A stretch of DNA of 64,000 bases from Blastocatellia bacterium (GTDB lineage: Bacteria > Acidobacteriota > Blastocatellia > UBA7656): assembly GCA_963765495.1 (NCBI GenBank), contig CAVXWP010000007.1, positions 576,001-640,000 of the forward strand. Reading direction: 5' to 3'. Shown one piece after another: positions 52,858 to 64,000 of this stretch. Made by a program: the position numbers and the translations under genes. Every line of letters starts with the position of its first letter. The first letter of the stretch is position 1. The notes below the pieces were generated by a model. That model did not search any database and was not told where the DNA came from. It saw nothing but the letters and a program-made list of their open reading frames with translations.

Positions 52858-53365
52858 AATCTGTTCCTTTCTATCTGCTCTAACACACCTGCACGCGAGG
52901 CGCAGGCCGGGTCGGGAGTTCCAATCTTGCGCCGAATAAACGATTGCAAGATTATGCCTGGCAGCGAGAGTATAGACCCGTCGGGGTGGAATAAGCTACT
53001 CCTCGCGAGTCTCCGGGGTCGCTACCTCCACTCCACCTGAAAATCTGTACTAACACGGATGAAATGAATTGACCTCACCGGCACGCAAACAAGACAGAAC
53101 GGCCATAGAACCGGGTGGGAGAAGACAAACCATGATTCCGTATGTCAATCAACTCTCCCTGTCGGCTCTGTCTCTCGTTTACACATATCAACGACCCCAT
53201 TATAGCGTTTTGCAAATGGATGCAGCTTGTAGGGACAACCCGAATGAATACATTTTATTATGGTTGCCCGGATCGCCCGAGATGGCCTGAGATGTGCTTC
53301 GCACACGGCGGGCGATGACTGCCCTCGCGCTTACGACGGATTCGGGCAGGGACAAGCCCGCGCCG

Positions 53366-53425
53366 TGCGAAGCACCGTTTGCGCCAATCGCCCCCTACAG
53401 CTACACGCAATTGCAAACAGCTATA
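53366..53425 (+). repeat. Imperfect ~60-bp direct repeat, left copy
   Basis: tgcgaagc...tgcgccaatcgcccc.taca.gctaca...gctata, matches 55788-55847. Confidence 0.7.
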
Positions 53426-53486
53426 GGAGTCACCAACGCGTGGCCTTTTCCTTTTGCGCGCTGCTCGTGCGCCGATTCACGCTTTC

Positions 53487-54413
53487 TTAAAATTCACGAT
53501 TGGTGCGAAACCTGGCGATGTCACGTTGTGGCGGCGCGCCGAAAAGCTTTTTGTACTCTCGGCTAAAGTAGGAGGGGTCCTCATAGCCCACACGGAACCC
53601 GGCGCTCGCTGCGTCCAGGTCTTCACCGAGCATCAGGCGACGTGCTTCCTGGAGTCTTATCTGTTTCTGAAACTGCAAAGGGCTCATCGCCGTGACGGAT
53701 TTGAAGTGATGATGAAAGCCGGAAACACTCATTCCGAGTTCACGCGCGATATTTTCAATTTTAAGTGGCTCATCGAAGTGTTCGCGAAGATGCCCGATTG
53801 CCTTGGAGATGCGGCGAGTGTCTCCTCCAGAAACCAGGAGATGGCTGAGCCGCGCGCCCTGTTCTTCTCTTAAAAGACGGTAGACAATCTCGCGAATGAT
53901 GAGCGGCGCAAGGGCATCTATCTCGTCCGGCGTGTCGAGGAGCCTGGCCAATCTGACAACCGCGTCAAGCAGATTGGCGTCAATCGAGCTAACATCCATC
54001 GCCTTGACGCCAGCGTCGCCCTTTCCAGGTTTGACGCCGGATTCCATCATGACTGAGGCGACCAAAGAAGCATTGAAATTTAACCGAAAGCTCAAATATG
54101 GTTGTTCCTTTGATGCTTCTACTACCTGGCTGACGATCGGCAAATCGACCGTAGAGATTAAATAGTGCCCCGGATCGTAGCGGAATACTTCCTCGCCTAA
54201 AAGCACCTGCTTGCTGCCCTGCGCAATGACGCAAAGGGCAGGCTTGAAGACGGAATGCAGCATCTCCGTCGGTTGAGATGAACGACCGAGGAAAAGGCCG
54301 GGAAATACCTCCGATATTCCGTCCTCGGGAACGGCGCGAGCCATCCGCTCGATCAGTTCCATCCTGTTGATTTCCATCCTTTGCTTCTCACGTTCTGCAT
54401 CCCTGTAGGTCAT
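53487..54413 (-). CDS. AraC family transcriptional regulator (YqhC-like), paralog of 36183-37109
   Basis: Same 308-aa length and near-identical HTH region. Confidence 0.92.
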   Translation of the reverse strand: MTYRDAEREKQRMEINRMELIERMARAVPEDGISEVFPGLFLGRSSQPTEMLHSVFKPALCVIAQGSKQVLLGEEVFRYDPGHYLISTVDLPIVSQVVEASKEQPYLSFRLNFNASLVASVMMESGVKPGKGDAGVKAMDVSSIDANLLDAVVRLARLLDTPDEIDALAPLIIREIVYRLLREEQGARLSHLLVSGGDTRRISKAIGHLREHFDEPLKIENIARELGMSVSGFHHHFKSVTAMSPLQFQKQIRLQEARRLMLGEDLDAASAGFRVGYEDPSYFSREYKKLFGAPPQRDIARFRTNREF

Positions 54414-54458
54414 AAATTCATATTAGCTTCTTTCTTGCCTGTCAGCACGCCGCACGCA

Positions 54459-54498
54459 GAGTTTTTGCAGAATTGTACAATTATTCGCGAGTATCCTC
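54459..54498. promoter_or_regulatory. Conserved operator candidate (copy 2)
   Basis: 37/40 identical to 37155-37194. Confidence 0.6.
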
Positions 54499-54601
54499 TT
54501 ATCTCCCTTTATCCCGGAGCTTTTATAATCAAACTCAAGCAGCAGGACGCAAAAAATGGCTGCTAACAAAACTAAAAGATATTTGGAGAAAGCTGAGGTA
54601 A

Positions 54602-55650
<1,049 letters not shown>

Positions 55651-55787
55651 TTAAGATAGGCGTGCTCTAAGGCATTGCCGCGGCCTTGCCTGGCTGTGTG
55701 TTTTATCTGGACCTGCCATGGTTTAGTGGGCGGTTTTTGACCTGATTATCAGGCGATCTTGTGCCCGCGCAGCAACCGTGACCGCTA

Positions 55788-55847
55788 TGCGAAGCGCATT
55801 ATGCGCCAATCGCCCCTACAGGCTACATCCATTTGAAAATCGCTATA
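55788..55847 (+). repeat. Imperfect ~60-bp direct repeat, right copy
   Basis: Matches 53366-53425. Confidence 0.7.
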
Positions 55848-55964
55848 AATGACGCTGATATACAACTAACTGATCTGCGTTATGAGCGCGGCCCGCATAG
55901 CACCGCTCCCAGAAATGGAGGTATAATACACAGCAGTAAATGAAAGCTGAGTGACTCTAGCTAT

Positions 55965-56957
55965 ATGCGCAAGATCATCACAGCTACTGTCTTTCGTATC
56001 ATCCAGATCATCCTGCTCCCGGTCGGAGTCGTAGGCTACATACTCTTCGTCGTCAAATTGATAGCATACGCCCGTCGGACGGGCTCATCGGCGACAGTGC
56101 TCGCCTCACTCTACACCCGGTACATGCAGCACAAGCTGGGCACGAGACGCGACGATCTGGGCGTGCGGTTGATGTTGGTGATGCCTAATGTCTCTCATCC
56201 TGGATTGCATCTTTCGACGGCTCCGACGCTGGTTGCGCACCGCCTGACCGGCTACGTACCGAGGATCTATCGTTATCCATATGAAGGGGAGCCTCCTATG
56301 GTTCATCAGTCGGCTGCCCGGACGACCTTCTACGACGCCACCCTGGAGCGGCACCTTCCCGGCATCAATCAACTCGTCGTCCTCGGTGCGGGCTTCGACA
56401 CACGCTCATACAGGTTGTCGGCGGGAACGCGCGTTCGATGCTTCGAGGTCGACGAGCCGAAGACTCAATCGTTCAAGCGCGAGATGCTGAAGAAGGCCGG
56501 CGTGGACACGACCCGAGTCACATACGTGTCTGCCGATTTCCTGAAGGAGGACTGGTTCGAGAAACTTGTAGACGCAGGCTTCGACCCGGACAGTGCGACC
56601 TTCTTCCTGTGGGAGTCCGTAACGATGTATCTGGACCGTGAGGCGGTCGAGGATACGCTACGCAAGATCGCCGGAACGGCCACCGGCAACATTGTGGCAT
56701 TCGATTACTTCTCGACCGAAATCATCGACTCGCGATCATTCTTTATGCGCTACGCGAGAGCGATGATCAGCGCTACCGGCGAGCCCTGGAGGTTTGGTAT
56801 CGACAATACGCCGCCGGTAAGAGAACGCGTTGCCGCCTTTCTTGAAAATTGCGGTCTCGTGTTGGAAGAGCAGCGCAACTTTGGGCCGGAGACGGAGCGG
56901 CAGCGTGCGATGGCGGGCTTCGCTGTCGCACGCGTGCCGTCTGCCGAGAAACTGTGA
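55965..56957 (+). CDS. SAM-dependent methyltransferase (leucine carboxyl methyltransferase-like) with N-terminal TM
   Basis: ARTTFYD, QLVVLGAGFDTR, FEVD, WESVTMYL. Confidence 0.85.
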   Translation: MRKIITATVFRIIQIILLPVGVVGYILFVVKLIAYARRTGSSATVLASLYTRYMQHKLGTRRDDLGVRLMLVMPNVSHPGLHLSTAPTLVAHRLTGYVPRIYRYPYEGEPPMVHQSAARTTFYDATLERHLPGINQLVVLGAGFDTRSYRLSAGTRVRCFEVDEPKTQSFKREMLKKAGVDTTRVTYVSADFLKEDWFEKLVDAGFDPDSATFFLWESVTMYLDREAVEDTLRKIAGTATGNIVAFDYFSTEIIDSRSFFMRYARAMISATGEPWRFGIDNTPPVRERVAAFLENCGLVLEEQRNFGPETERQRAMAGFAVARVPSAEKL

Positions 56958-57113
56958 GCCGCTGAGACAGCCTGCCGAATGCGAATCCGACTGCCATGCA
57001 TCATCATCTGAAAAGATTTGGTATCGGGTGTAAGAAAGGGTGCTTGTTGTGACGCCTTATTTCCAAAAGCAGGGGAAGAGTTGACCGTCTATTTACGAGG
57101 GAGGATAATTTTG

Positions 57114-58016
57114 ATGATGGCTACGGGGTACGCAAGGGGCAGAGGCACGGTGTTTGAGCAGTTCCGGGGACGCCTCTTCGCAGTTGCCTACAGGATGATG
57201 GGTACGAGGGCCGATGCCGAGGACATCATCCAGGAAGCTTATCTTCGCTGGCACAGGGCGGACAAAGATGAGATTCGCTCTCCTGAGGCGTGGCTCGTCA
57301 GTGTGGTCACGAGGCTTTCTATCGACCGCCTGCGCAGGGCCAGGGTCGAGCGCGAGACGTACACCGGGCCGTGGCTGCCGGAGCCGCTTTTCGGCACTCC
57401 CGCACGGTCGCCTGAGGAGCGGCTGATATTTGCATCCGATCTTTCGATGGCCTTCATGGTTCTCCTCGAGCGCCTCGCACCTGTTGAGCGCGCGGCCTTC
57501 CTCCTGCACGATGTTTTCGACTGCGCCTATCCAGAAATCGCTCACACCCTGGGCAAGAGCGAGTCAGCATGCCGCCAGGTGGTGCACCGGGCAAGGGAAC
57601 GTGTGCGGCGCGACCAACCGCGCTTCAAGGTCGGCGAGAAAGACCACCGCCGTCTGATAGAGAAGTTTATGGACGCCACCACTGCCGGTGACGATGCGAC
57701 ACTGCTCTCCCTTTTTGCCGAGGAAGCGACATTGACGAGCGACGGCGGCGGCGTGGTTCATGCCGCGCGCAAGGTCGTACGCGGGCGTGAACTGATCGCC
57801 CGCCTCTTTCTCATCACCACGCGCCGAAACAGTGGGCGACTCACCCAGACGATTCTCCCGATTAATGGCGAGCCCGGCCTTGTTACCTTCCTCGACGGGG
57901 TGCCGTTCTCGGCCACCTCGTTTGAGACCGACGGACGCTCCATCCTGGCTCTCTACAGCGTCCTGAACCCGGAAAAACTGAAAGGCATCGGCCGACTCGA
58001 AGACGCGACCGACTGA
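57114..58016 (+). CDS. ECF sigma factor, ECF41/SigJ type with SnoaL-like extension
   Basis: DAEDIIQE, YTGPWLPEP, SDGGG, NPEKL. Confidence 0.9.
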   Translation: MMATGYARGRGTVFEQFRGRLFAVAYRMMGTRADAEDIIQEAYLRWHRADKDEIRSPEAWLVSVVTRLSIDRLRRARVERETYTGPWLPEPLFGTPARSPEERLIFASDLSMAFMVLLERLAPVERAAFLLHDVFDCAYPEIAHTLGKSESACRQVVHRARERVRRDQPRFKVGEKDHRRLIEKFMDATTAGDDATLLSLFAEEATLTSDGGGVVHAARKVVRGRELIARLFLITTRRNSGRLTQTILPINGEPGLVTFLDGVPFSATSFETDGRSILALYSVLNPEKLKGIGRLEDATD

Positions 58017-58025
58017 GAGAGGGGC

Positions 58026-58051
58026 TGTCACAGAAACGCACCTCATCCGTC
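58026..58051 (+). promoter_or_regulatory. ECF41-type promoter upstream of CMD gene
   Basis: TGTCACA-15 nt-CGTC, matching the published ECF41 consensus. Confidence 0.72.
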
Positions 58052-58163
58052 TTCGTGTTAGATGCGGGACGACCGCGGCGGCAGACCTGATCGCGCTCGG
58101 GCGCGGGGATGCCGCATGCGCGGTGCTGCTCCGTCTATTATTTTTCTTGAAAAGGAGTAAGTC

Positions 58164-58649
58164 ATGAAAAAGAGATTGAATCACTTGGAAGTCGCGCAGG
58201 GCGCGTTAAAGGCGATGTTCGGGCTTGGTGAGTACCTGGCGAAGAGCGGACTGGAGCCGTCGCTGCTCCAACTTATTGATTTCCGGGTGTCACAGATAAA
58301 CGGCTGCGCCTACTGTCTCGATATGCACTCGAAGGACTTGCGGGCCGGTGGCGAGAGCGAGCAGCGGCTCTACGTGTTAGATGCCTGGCGCGAAGCGCCC
58401 TTCTACACGGAGCGAGAGCGAGCCGCGCTCGCGTGGGCCGAGGCCGTGACGCTTGTTACCGAGGGGCACGTCCCCGATGAAGTGTACGAACAGGCTCGGG
58501 CGCAGTTCAGCGAGGAGGAACTTGTGAACCTGACGCTGGCCGTAGTGACGATCAACGGTTGGAACCGCCTGAACATTGCTTTCCGTACCGAGGCGGGCAG
58601 TTACCAACCGTCCTCGGCCCACAGCGCCGCGCGAGCCATTAAAGGATAG
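58164..58649 (+). CDS. Carboxymuconolactone decarboxylase/AhpD family protein
   Basis: RVSQINGCAYCLDMH, INGWNRL. Confidence 0.92.
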   Translation: MKKRLNHLEVAQGALKAMFGLGEYLAKSGLEPSLLQLIDFRVSQINGCAYCLDMHSKDLRAGGESEQRLYVLDAWREAPFYTERERAALAWAEAVTLVTEGHVPDEVYEQARAQFSEEELVNLTLAVVTINGWNRLNIAFRTEAGSYQPSSAHSAARAIKG

Positions 58650-58743
58650 AGCATCACGAGCGGAGGACACAGGCTCTTCCGTTCATGGCTAAGTAGTTTA
58701 CGTGGAGACGATTGCTCTATGAAGAATCTTCGCGTACATTGCG

Positions 58744-58788
58744 ACTCTGCATCTTTGCGAGCATTAGGCTCTCGCAAAGATGCAGAGT
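58744..58788. repeat. 18-bp perfect inverted repeat (REP-like hairpin)
   Basis: actctgcatctttgcgag - 9 nt - ctcgcaaagatgcagagt. Confidence 0.75.
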
Positions 58789-59053
58789 AAGCGAAGGTTT
58801 TTCTGAGACTCAAATGGCCCTGGTAATCCCTCTTCACTTGTTTCTTTTTCCTGCCTGCATCATATCAGGGGAATGGCGTCACAGAAGGTCACTCTGCCCC
58901 GATTACCGGAATTTGCTACACAAGGCCCACGAACATCCGGTACTATGGTGAATCCCGTTTTTATTTAATGAATCAGACATCTTCGACCCTTGATCGAGCC
59001 TTCGATCTTGAAGCAAATTAACGAGGGGGTGAACCCCCATCAGGACGGCGGAT

Positions 59054-60682
59054 ATGAGACTCAAAAATCAAACTCAATACGGGGTTTTCATGAAGCCCCG
59101 CACCCGGATGATTGACCCGAGGGTCATCACACTGGTTCTGATTTTACTGGCAGGAACGGCTATGAGTGGCCGCTCGACACCGCAAAAGAATCGGCCTTCG
59201 GTTGCCCCTTCATACAGGGAAACATATCGACCGCAGTTTCACTTCACGCCACAGAAGAACTGGATGAACGATCCGAACGGACTGGTTTACTTTGACGGCG
59301 AGTACCATTTGTTCTACCAGTACAACCCGTTCGGCGACAAGTGGGGACACATGAGCTGGGGGCATGCAATCAGCAAAGACCTGGTGCACTGGCAACATCT
59401 GCCGGTAGCTCTGCCCGAAGAGAACGGAGTCATGATCTTCTCAGGCAGTGCCGTTGTCGATGAAAAAAATACAAGCGGATTCGGGCTGAAAAACAGGCCC
59501 GCGATTGTGGCTATCTATACCGGATACCGACCGTCGGATCACATCCAGAACCAGCACATCGCCTATAGCACGGATCGCGGGCGAACCTGGACAAAGTATA
59601 GCGGCAACCCGGTCATCGACATCAATTCCACCGATTTTCGAGACCCGAAAGTCTTCTGGCACGAGCCGACCAGGCGTTGGATCATGGTAGTATCGCTTTC
59701 GGCCGAACACCGGGTCCGTTTCTATGCCTCGGCCGATCTGAAGCGGTGGACACGCTTGAGCGAGTTCGGCCCGGCGGGTGCCACTGGCGGGGTATGGGAA
59801 TGTCCGGACCTGTTTGAGTTGCCTGTGGAGGGCAGACCCGGCCAGAGAAAGTGGGCATTGATCGTTAATCTGAATCCGGGCAGCGTGGCTGGCGGTTCGG
59901 GGGCGCAATACTTCGTCGGCTCATTCGACGGGAAGCAGTTCTCCGCAGACGATCAGGGCCATTGGATCGATTATGGTAAGGATTTTTATGCGGTTGTCTC
60001 GTGGTCCAACCTGCCGCTCAGGGACAAACGCCGGCTCTGTATCGGCTGGGTCAACAACTGGGAATACGGACAGGAGATTCCCACCTCTCCCTGGCGCAGT
60101 GCCCAGAGTATCCCGCGCGAGCTTCGTCTGAAAAACTATAGCGACGGCCTGCGTATAGTGCAGTCGCCGGTAGCGGAATTGCAGCGTTTACGCGGCACAC
60201 GTTACAGCTTATCCGGTAAAACGATCACGGGGGAAAGCGACACGCTTGCCGGGGGGCGGATTAACGGCAAGACGCTCGAAATCGTCGCCACCTTTGAACC
60301 GGGCACGGCCTACGAGTTTGGGCTGAAGATCCGCAAAGGGGTGAATGAAGAGACCATAGTCGGCTATGACGCTGCTGCTGCTGAACTCTTTGTAGACCGC
60401 AGTCGCTCAGGCAAGGTTGATTTCAATCCGCAGTTTTCGGGCAAGCACGGAGGGCCGCTCGCCGCCGAGCAGGGCCGTGTCAAGATGCATCTGTTTGTGG
60501 ACTGGTCATCGGTCGAGGTATTCGGCAATGACGGGCAAACGGTGATCACGGAGCAGATTTTCCCGGCCCCTTCAAGTGACGGGCTGGCCCTTTACGCAAA
60601 AGGCGGCGCGGCCAAACTGGTTTCGCTTGAGGTTTGGGATTTGAAGTCGATCTGGAAAAATGCCGGGGGCGCGAGGCGCTAG
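59054..60682 (+). CDS. Glycoside hydrolase family 32 (levanase/beta-fructofuranosidase), secreted; start may be further downstream
   Basis: WMNDPNG, FSGSA, FRDP, WECP motifs and C-terminal beta-sandwich (DWSSVEVF). Confidence 0.93.
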   Translation: MRLKNQTQYGVFMKPRTRMIDPRVITLVLILLAGTAMSGRSTPQKNRPSVAPSYRETYRPQFHFTPQKNWMNDPNGLVYFDGEYHLFYQYNPFGDKWGHMSWGHAISKDLVHWQHLPVALPEENGVMIFSGSAVVDEKNTSGFGLKNRPAIVAIYTGYRPSDHIQNQHIAYSTDRGRTWTKYSGNPVIDINSTDFRDPKVFWHEPTRRWIMVVSLSAEHRVRFYASADLKRWTRLSEFGPAGATGGVWECPDLFELPVEGRPGQRKWALIVNLNPGSVAGGSGAQYFVGSFDGKQFSADDQGHWIDYGKDFYAVVSWSNLPLRDKRRLCIGWVNNWEYGQEIPTSPWRSAQSIPRELRLKNYSDGLRIVQSPVAELQRLRGTRYSLSGKTITGESDTLAGGRINGKTLEIVATFEPGTAYEFGLKIRKGVNEETIVGYDAAAAELFVDRSRSGKVDFNPQFSGKHGGPLAAEQGRVKMHLFVDWSSVEVFGNDGQTVITEQIFPAPSSDGLALYAKGGAAKLVSLEVWDLKSIWKNAGGARR

Positions 60683-60852
60683 AACAAAGCGCAAGGGATT
60701 GGTACGAATGCATGTTAATAAAAGGCAGATGAGAATAGATCGCGGATGACGCGGCCTATTTCTACTCCCGCTACTTTAGAGTTTAGTTTGTACCAATCTT
60801 GTGCATTTCGATATAGGTAAGGCACCTGTTAAACCGGGGAGAATCCGAACTC

Positions 60853-61806
60853 ATGAATAGAAGAATACTTGCTATCGCAATCCTTGGCGCGCTGTTTGTC
60901 TTATCGGCTTGCGCCGGTCGTGATTCACAACCGGATAAACCTGTCATCGGAGTCTCGCTGTTGACGCTGACAAACCCTTTCTTCCGTGATCTCGGCAATG
61001 CGATCAAGGAAGCGGCAGAACGGCAAGGGTACAAAGTCATCCTGACGGCCGGAGACTTCGATATAGGCAAGCAGAAGAATCAAATCGCAGACTTCATTGT
61101 TCAAGATGTCGCGGCGATTGTCATCACGCCCATTGATTCCAAATCCATCGGCACATCTATTGCCGAAGCCAACCGCGCGGGCATACCCGTCTTTACGGCC
61201 GACATCAAGGCGACGGCTGAAGGCGTGCGGGTGATCTCTCACATCGCCACAGACAATTATCAGGCTGGCAGCATGGCTGCCAGGGCGCTTATTGAGGCGC
61301 TCGGCGGACGGGGCAAAGTCGGCATCATCGACCACCCCGAAGTCGAATCCGTAATCATGCGCACGCGGGGTTTCCTCGACGAGGTCGAAAAACAGCACCA
61401 GCAATCGGGGAGCAATATACAGATCGTCTCGCGTCTGGCCGCAGGCGGCGCTAAAGAGAAAGCCTTCCAGGTTGCGGTAGATATGTTGCAGGCGCATCCC
61501 GATCTGGATGGAATTTTTGCCATCAACGACCCTTCGGCGCTCGGGGCGCTTGCGGCCATCGAGAGCGCCGGAAAATCGGGGCGCATCCGCATCATCAGCA
61601 TAGACGGTTTGCCGGAAGGCCGGCAGGCGATCAAGGGTGGGAAGATTTATGCCGACGCGATTCAACACCCGGACCTGATCGGCGAGAAGACCGTAGAAGC
61701 GATTACGGCCTACATGAGCGGCGAAGAGGTTCCCGCAGAGATATTGATCCCGACCGATATCTATCGCCAGGAGGATGCGATAAAAGATCCGACATTGCGC
61801 CCATGA
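60853..61806 (+). CDS. Sugar ABC transporter substrate-binding lipoprotein (RbsB-like)
   Basis: Lipobox LSAC, TLTNPFF, ATDNY, FAINDPSALGA. Confidence 0.9.
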   Translation: MNRRILAIAILGALFVLSACAGRDSQPDKPVIGVSLLTLTNPFFRDLGNAIKEAAERQGYKVILTAGDFDIGKQKNQIADFIVQDVAAIVITPIDSKSIGTSIAEANRAGIPVFTADIKATAEGVRVISHIATDNYQAGSMAARALIEALGGRGKVGIIDHPEVESVIMRTRGFLDEVEKQHQQSGSNIQIVSRLAAGGAKEKAFQVAVDMLQAHPDLDGIFAINDPSALGALAAIESAGKSGRIRIISIDGLPEGRQAIKGGKIYADAIQHPDLIGEKTVEAITAYMSGEEVPAEILIPTDIYRQEDAIKDPTLRP

Positions 61807-61872
61807 CCGGCTGATTAGCTGGCTGATTGGTAGAACAGGGCTGACAGCAACCGAAACGGAGCACGTTTGCCA

Positions 61873-63396
61873 ATGAGGAATGGACAGGCAGAACCCGTCG
61901 TCGTGATGGAAGGCATAGAAAAGACCTTCCCGGGCGTGCGTGCCCTCAAGGGCGCATCCTTGCGCCTCTACCCCGGCGAGGTGCACGCCTTGATGGGAGA
62001 AAACGGCGCGGGAAAGAGCACGCTGATCAAGACGCTGGCCGGGGCCATCAGACCGGATGCCGGAAAGATTCGAATTGGCGGCAGCGAAGTAACCATCGAA
62101 TCACCAAAGGCGGCGCAGCAACTCGGTGTTGCCGTCATCTATCAGGAGTTCAACCTCGTTCCTTATCTATCGGCGAGAGAGAATATCTTCCTCGGTCAGG
62201 AGCACACGACAGCCGGTTTCTTTTCAAGACAGGAGGAGCGAAAGCGCGCCCGCAAACTACTTGAACGCCTCGGTGTCCGCCTCGACCCGGATACGCGCTG
62301 CGGAAGCCTCACGGTTGCCGGACAGCAAACCGTTGAGATTGCCAGGGCGCTTTCCACAGGCGCGCGCATACTCGTCATGGACGAGCCCACTGCTGCTTTG
62401 AGCGTGCAGGAGGTCGAGAAACTCTTTGAGGTGATCCGCGATCTCAAAGCGCGCGGCATCAGCATAGTTTATGTCAGCCATCGCATGGAAGAGATTTTCC
62501 GCATCGCCGACCACATCACCGTTATGCGCGACGGAGAGACAGTCGGCACGCGGCCTGCAAGCGAACTTACACGCGAGAGCCTGATCGAGATGATGGTAGG
62601 ACGAAAACTGGAAAACGAATTTCCCAAACAACCGGCCGAGATCGGCGAGAAGCACCTTGAGGCAATCGGCCTGCGGCGCAAAGAGACGGTCAGGGATGTA
62701 TCTTTTCACGTTCGCCGAGGGGAAGTCCTCGGGCTTACGGGACTCGTCGGCTCGGGCCGCACAGAGGTGGCGCGGCTCATCTTTGGAGCAGATGCCCGCG
62801 ACGCGGGCGAAATCCGAATCGACGGCAAAGCGGTCGACATACGCTCGCCGCGTGACGCGATCCGTAAGGGCATCTGTCTTCTGAGCGAAGATCGCAAGGT
62901 TGAAGGGCTTGTGCTAGGCATGTCGGCGCGCGAAAACTTCGGCCTGCCCAATCTCGATCAGTTCTCCGACTTCGGGTTGATCAAGCCTCAGACCGAGCGC
63001 AGTGCTTTTGCCCGCTACATCAGAGAACTCTTGATAAAACTCGCCGGTCAGGAGCAGACGGCCAGGACGCTGTCGGGCGGTAATCAGCAGAAGATCGTGC
63101 TGGCCAAGTGGCTCGAAGCAAACAGCGACCTTATCATCTTTGATGAGCCGACGCGCGGCATAGACGTCGGCGCGAAGTACGAGATTTATCTGCTGATGAA
63201 CCGACTGGTTGCCGAGGGCAAGGCGATCATCATGATCTCATCCGAGTTGCCCGAAGTGCTGGGGATGAGTGATCGCATCATCGTCATGCACGAGGGCCGG
63301 ATCAGCGGCGAAATCACCGATGTGGCCCGCGCCACCCAGGAGCAGATCATGACGCTTGCGGTCGGCGTGAAGTCCGGGCAGGACACAAAGGCCTGA
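61873..63396 (+). CDS. Sugar ABC transporter ATP-binding protein (RbsA-like, tandem NBD)
   Basis: GENGAGKST, MDEPT, LSGGNQQK, DEPTRGIDVGAK. Confidence 0.94.
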   Translation: MRNGQAEPVVVMEGIEKTFPGVRALKGASLRLYPGEVHALMGENGAGKSTLIKTLAGAIRPDAGKIRIGGSEVTIESPKAAQQLGVAVIYQEFNLVPYLSARENIFLGQEHTTAGFFSRQEERKRARKLLERLGVRLDPDTRCGSLTVAGQQTVEIARALSTGARILVMDEPTAALSVQEVEKLFEVIRDLKARGISIVYVSHRMEEIFRIADHITVMRDGETVGTRPASELTRESLIEMMVGRKLENEFPKQPAEIGEKHLEAIGLRRKETVRDVSFHVRRGEVLGLTGLVGSGRTEVARLIFGADARDAGEIRIDGKAVDIRSPRDAIRKGICLLSEDRKVEGLVLGMSARENFGLPNLDQFSDFGLIKPQTERSAFARYIRELLIKLAGQEQTARTLSGGNQQKIVLAKWLEANSDLIIFDEPTRGIDVGAKYEIYLLMNRLVAEGKAIIMISSELPEVLGMSDRIIVMHEGRISGEITDVARATQEQIMTLAVGVKSGQDTKA

Positions 63397-63439
63397 AACC
63401 GTTTGATCACCAGTCACGCTGCCTCCAGGAGCTAAGAAT

Positions 63440-64000
63440 ATGACGGGAGAAAACAGACCACCCCGCCCGCCTGCCGATGACAAAGGCCATGGCAGGGGCG
63501 AGGGAGTTCAGCAGGAAGGCTTACGCACGGAAAAAAGAGAACTGTCGGGCGCGCGGTTGTTCGCGTCGCGGTTCTTTACCGACTATGGGATGCTGGCCGT
63601 GTTGCTGCTGCTCATTATCTTCTTCTCTCTGGTCACGGTTGAAAAACAGAAGCCGGTTGGGGCTGAAGCGGCGGAATCGGTGGCCGGACAGATCGCGAGC
63701 AGTTCCGGGCAGGGCGCGCGCGTCCTGATTGTGGGGCGCGCAAGCGCGCAGGATACGGCCTTTGTCGAACAACTCGGGAACCTGCTTAAGGCCAGGGGCA
63801 CAGAGGTGGTAGGCCCGGTTGTGGGCGAACCGCGTGATGTTCGCCTCGCCCTTGAAAAAGAGGCGCAGGCAGGTAAACCTGTCCAGGTTATTGCGACTAC
63901 CGAGCACAACGCCTGGATGGTAAATAATATAAAATCGCGTATCGGCGGTCTCACAGAGACCAGCGTGATCATACCGGCGAGCTATCGATGGCCGGTCTTT
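63440..64000 (+). CDS. Probable sugar ABC transporter permease, N-terminal part (runs off window)
   Basis: Open frame from ATG 63440 to window end, DYGMLAVLLLLIIFFSLVT TM1, position after ATPase. Confidence 0.7.
   Translation, partial: MTGENRPPRPPADDKGHGRGEGVQQEGLRTEKRELSGARLFASRFFTDYGMLAVLLLLIIFFSLVTVEKQKPVGAEAAESVAGQIASSSGQGARVLIVGRASAQDTAFVEQLGNLLKARGTEVVGPVVGEPRDVRLALEKEAQAGKPVQVIATTEHNAWMVNNIKSRIGGLTETSVIIPASYRWPVF

Noticed and set aside
60925-61986. 353-aa minus-strand ORF
   Set aside because: Antisense shadow of the well-supported binding protein and ATPase genes; no motifs

Overview
Bacterial window, probably an Acidobacterium (Blastocatellia-like; inferred from protein styles, not verified). 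1-24.7 kb is a Wzx/Wzy-dependent surface-polysaccharide locus: BY-kinase tail, flippase, about seven glycosyltransferases, a frameshifted Wzy, DUF362, a CapK-like ligase, a heparinase II/III-like protein and a PglC/D/E/F-type pathway. 24.9-35.9 kb holds envelope genes (FecR-like secreted protein, VirB9-like protein plus lytic transglycosylase, UDP-sugar dehydrogenase, WbpB/WbpD-like pair, lipoprotein, AsmA). A tRNA-Gln(CTG) at 36030-36103 is followed by a decaying ~7 kb redox island (AraC, SDR, IorAB, CMD, AKR) that ends in a degenerate copy of the tRNA 3' part. Directly after it lies the best candidate for an undescribed system: a four-gene cluster (unknown 304-aa protein, two BrxD/DUF2791-like ATPases, Lhr-type helicase) resembling the Shango and BREX brxD-brxHI defence modules but lacking TerB and Pgl genes. 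The rest contains a GMC dehydrogenase pair, a second AraC-AKR module between direct repeats, an ECF41 sigma factor with CMD, and a GH32 plus sugar ABC transporter cluster running off the end. All calls come from reading motifs by eye; no database searches were run.
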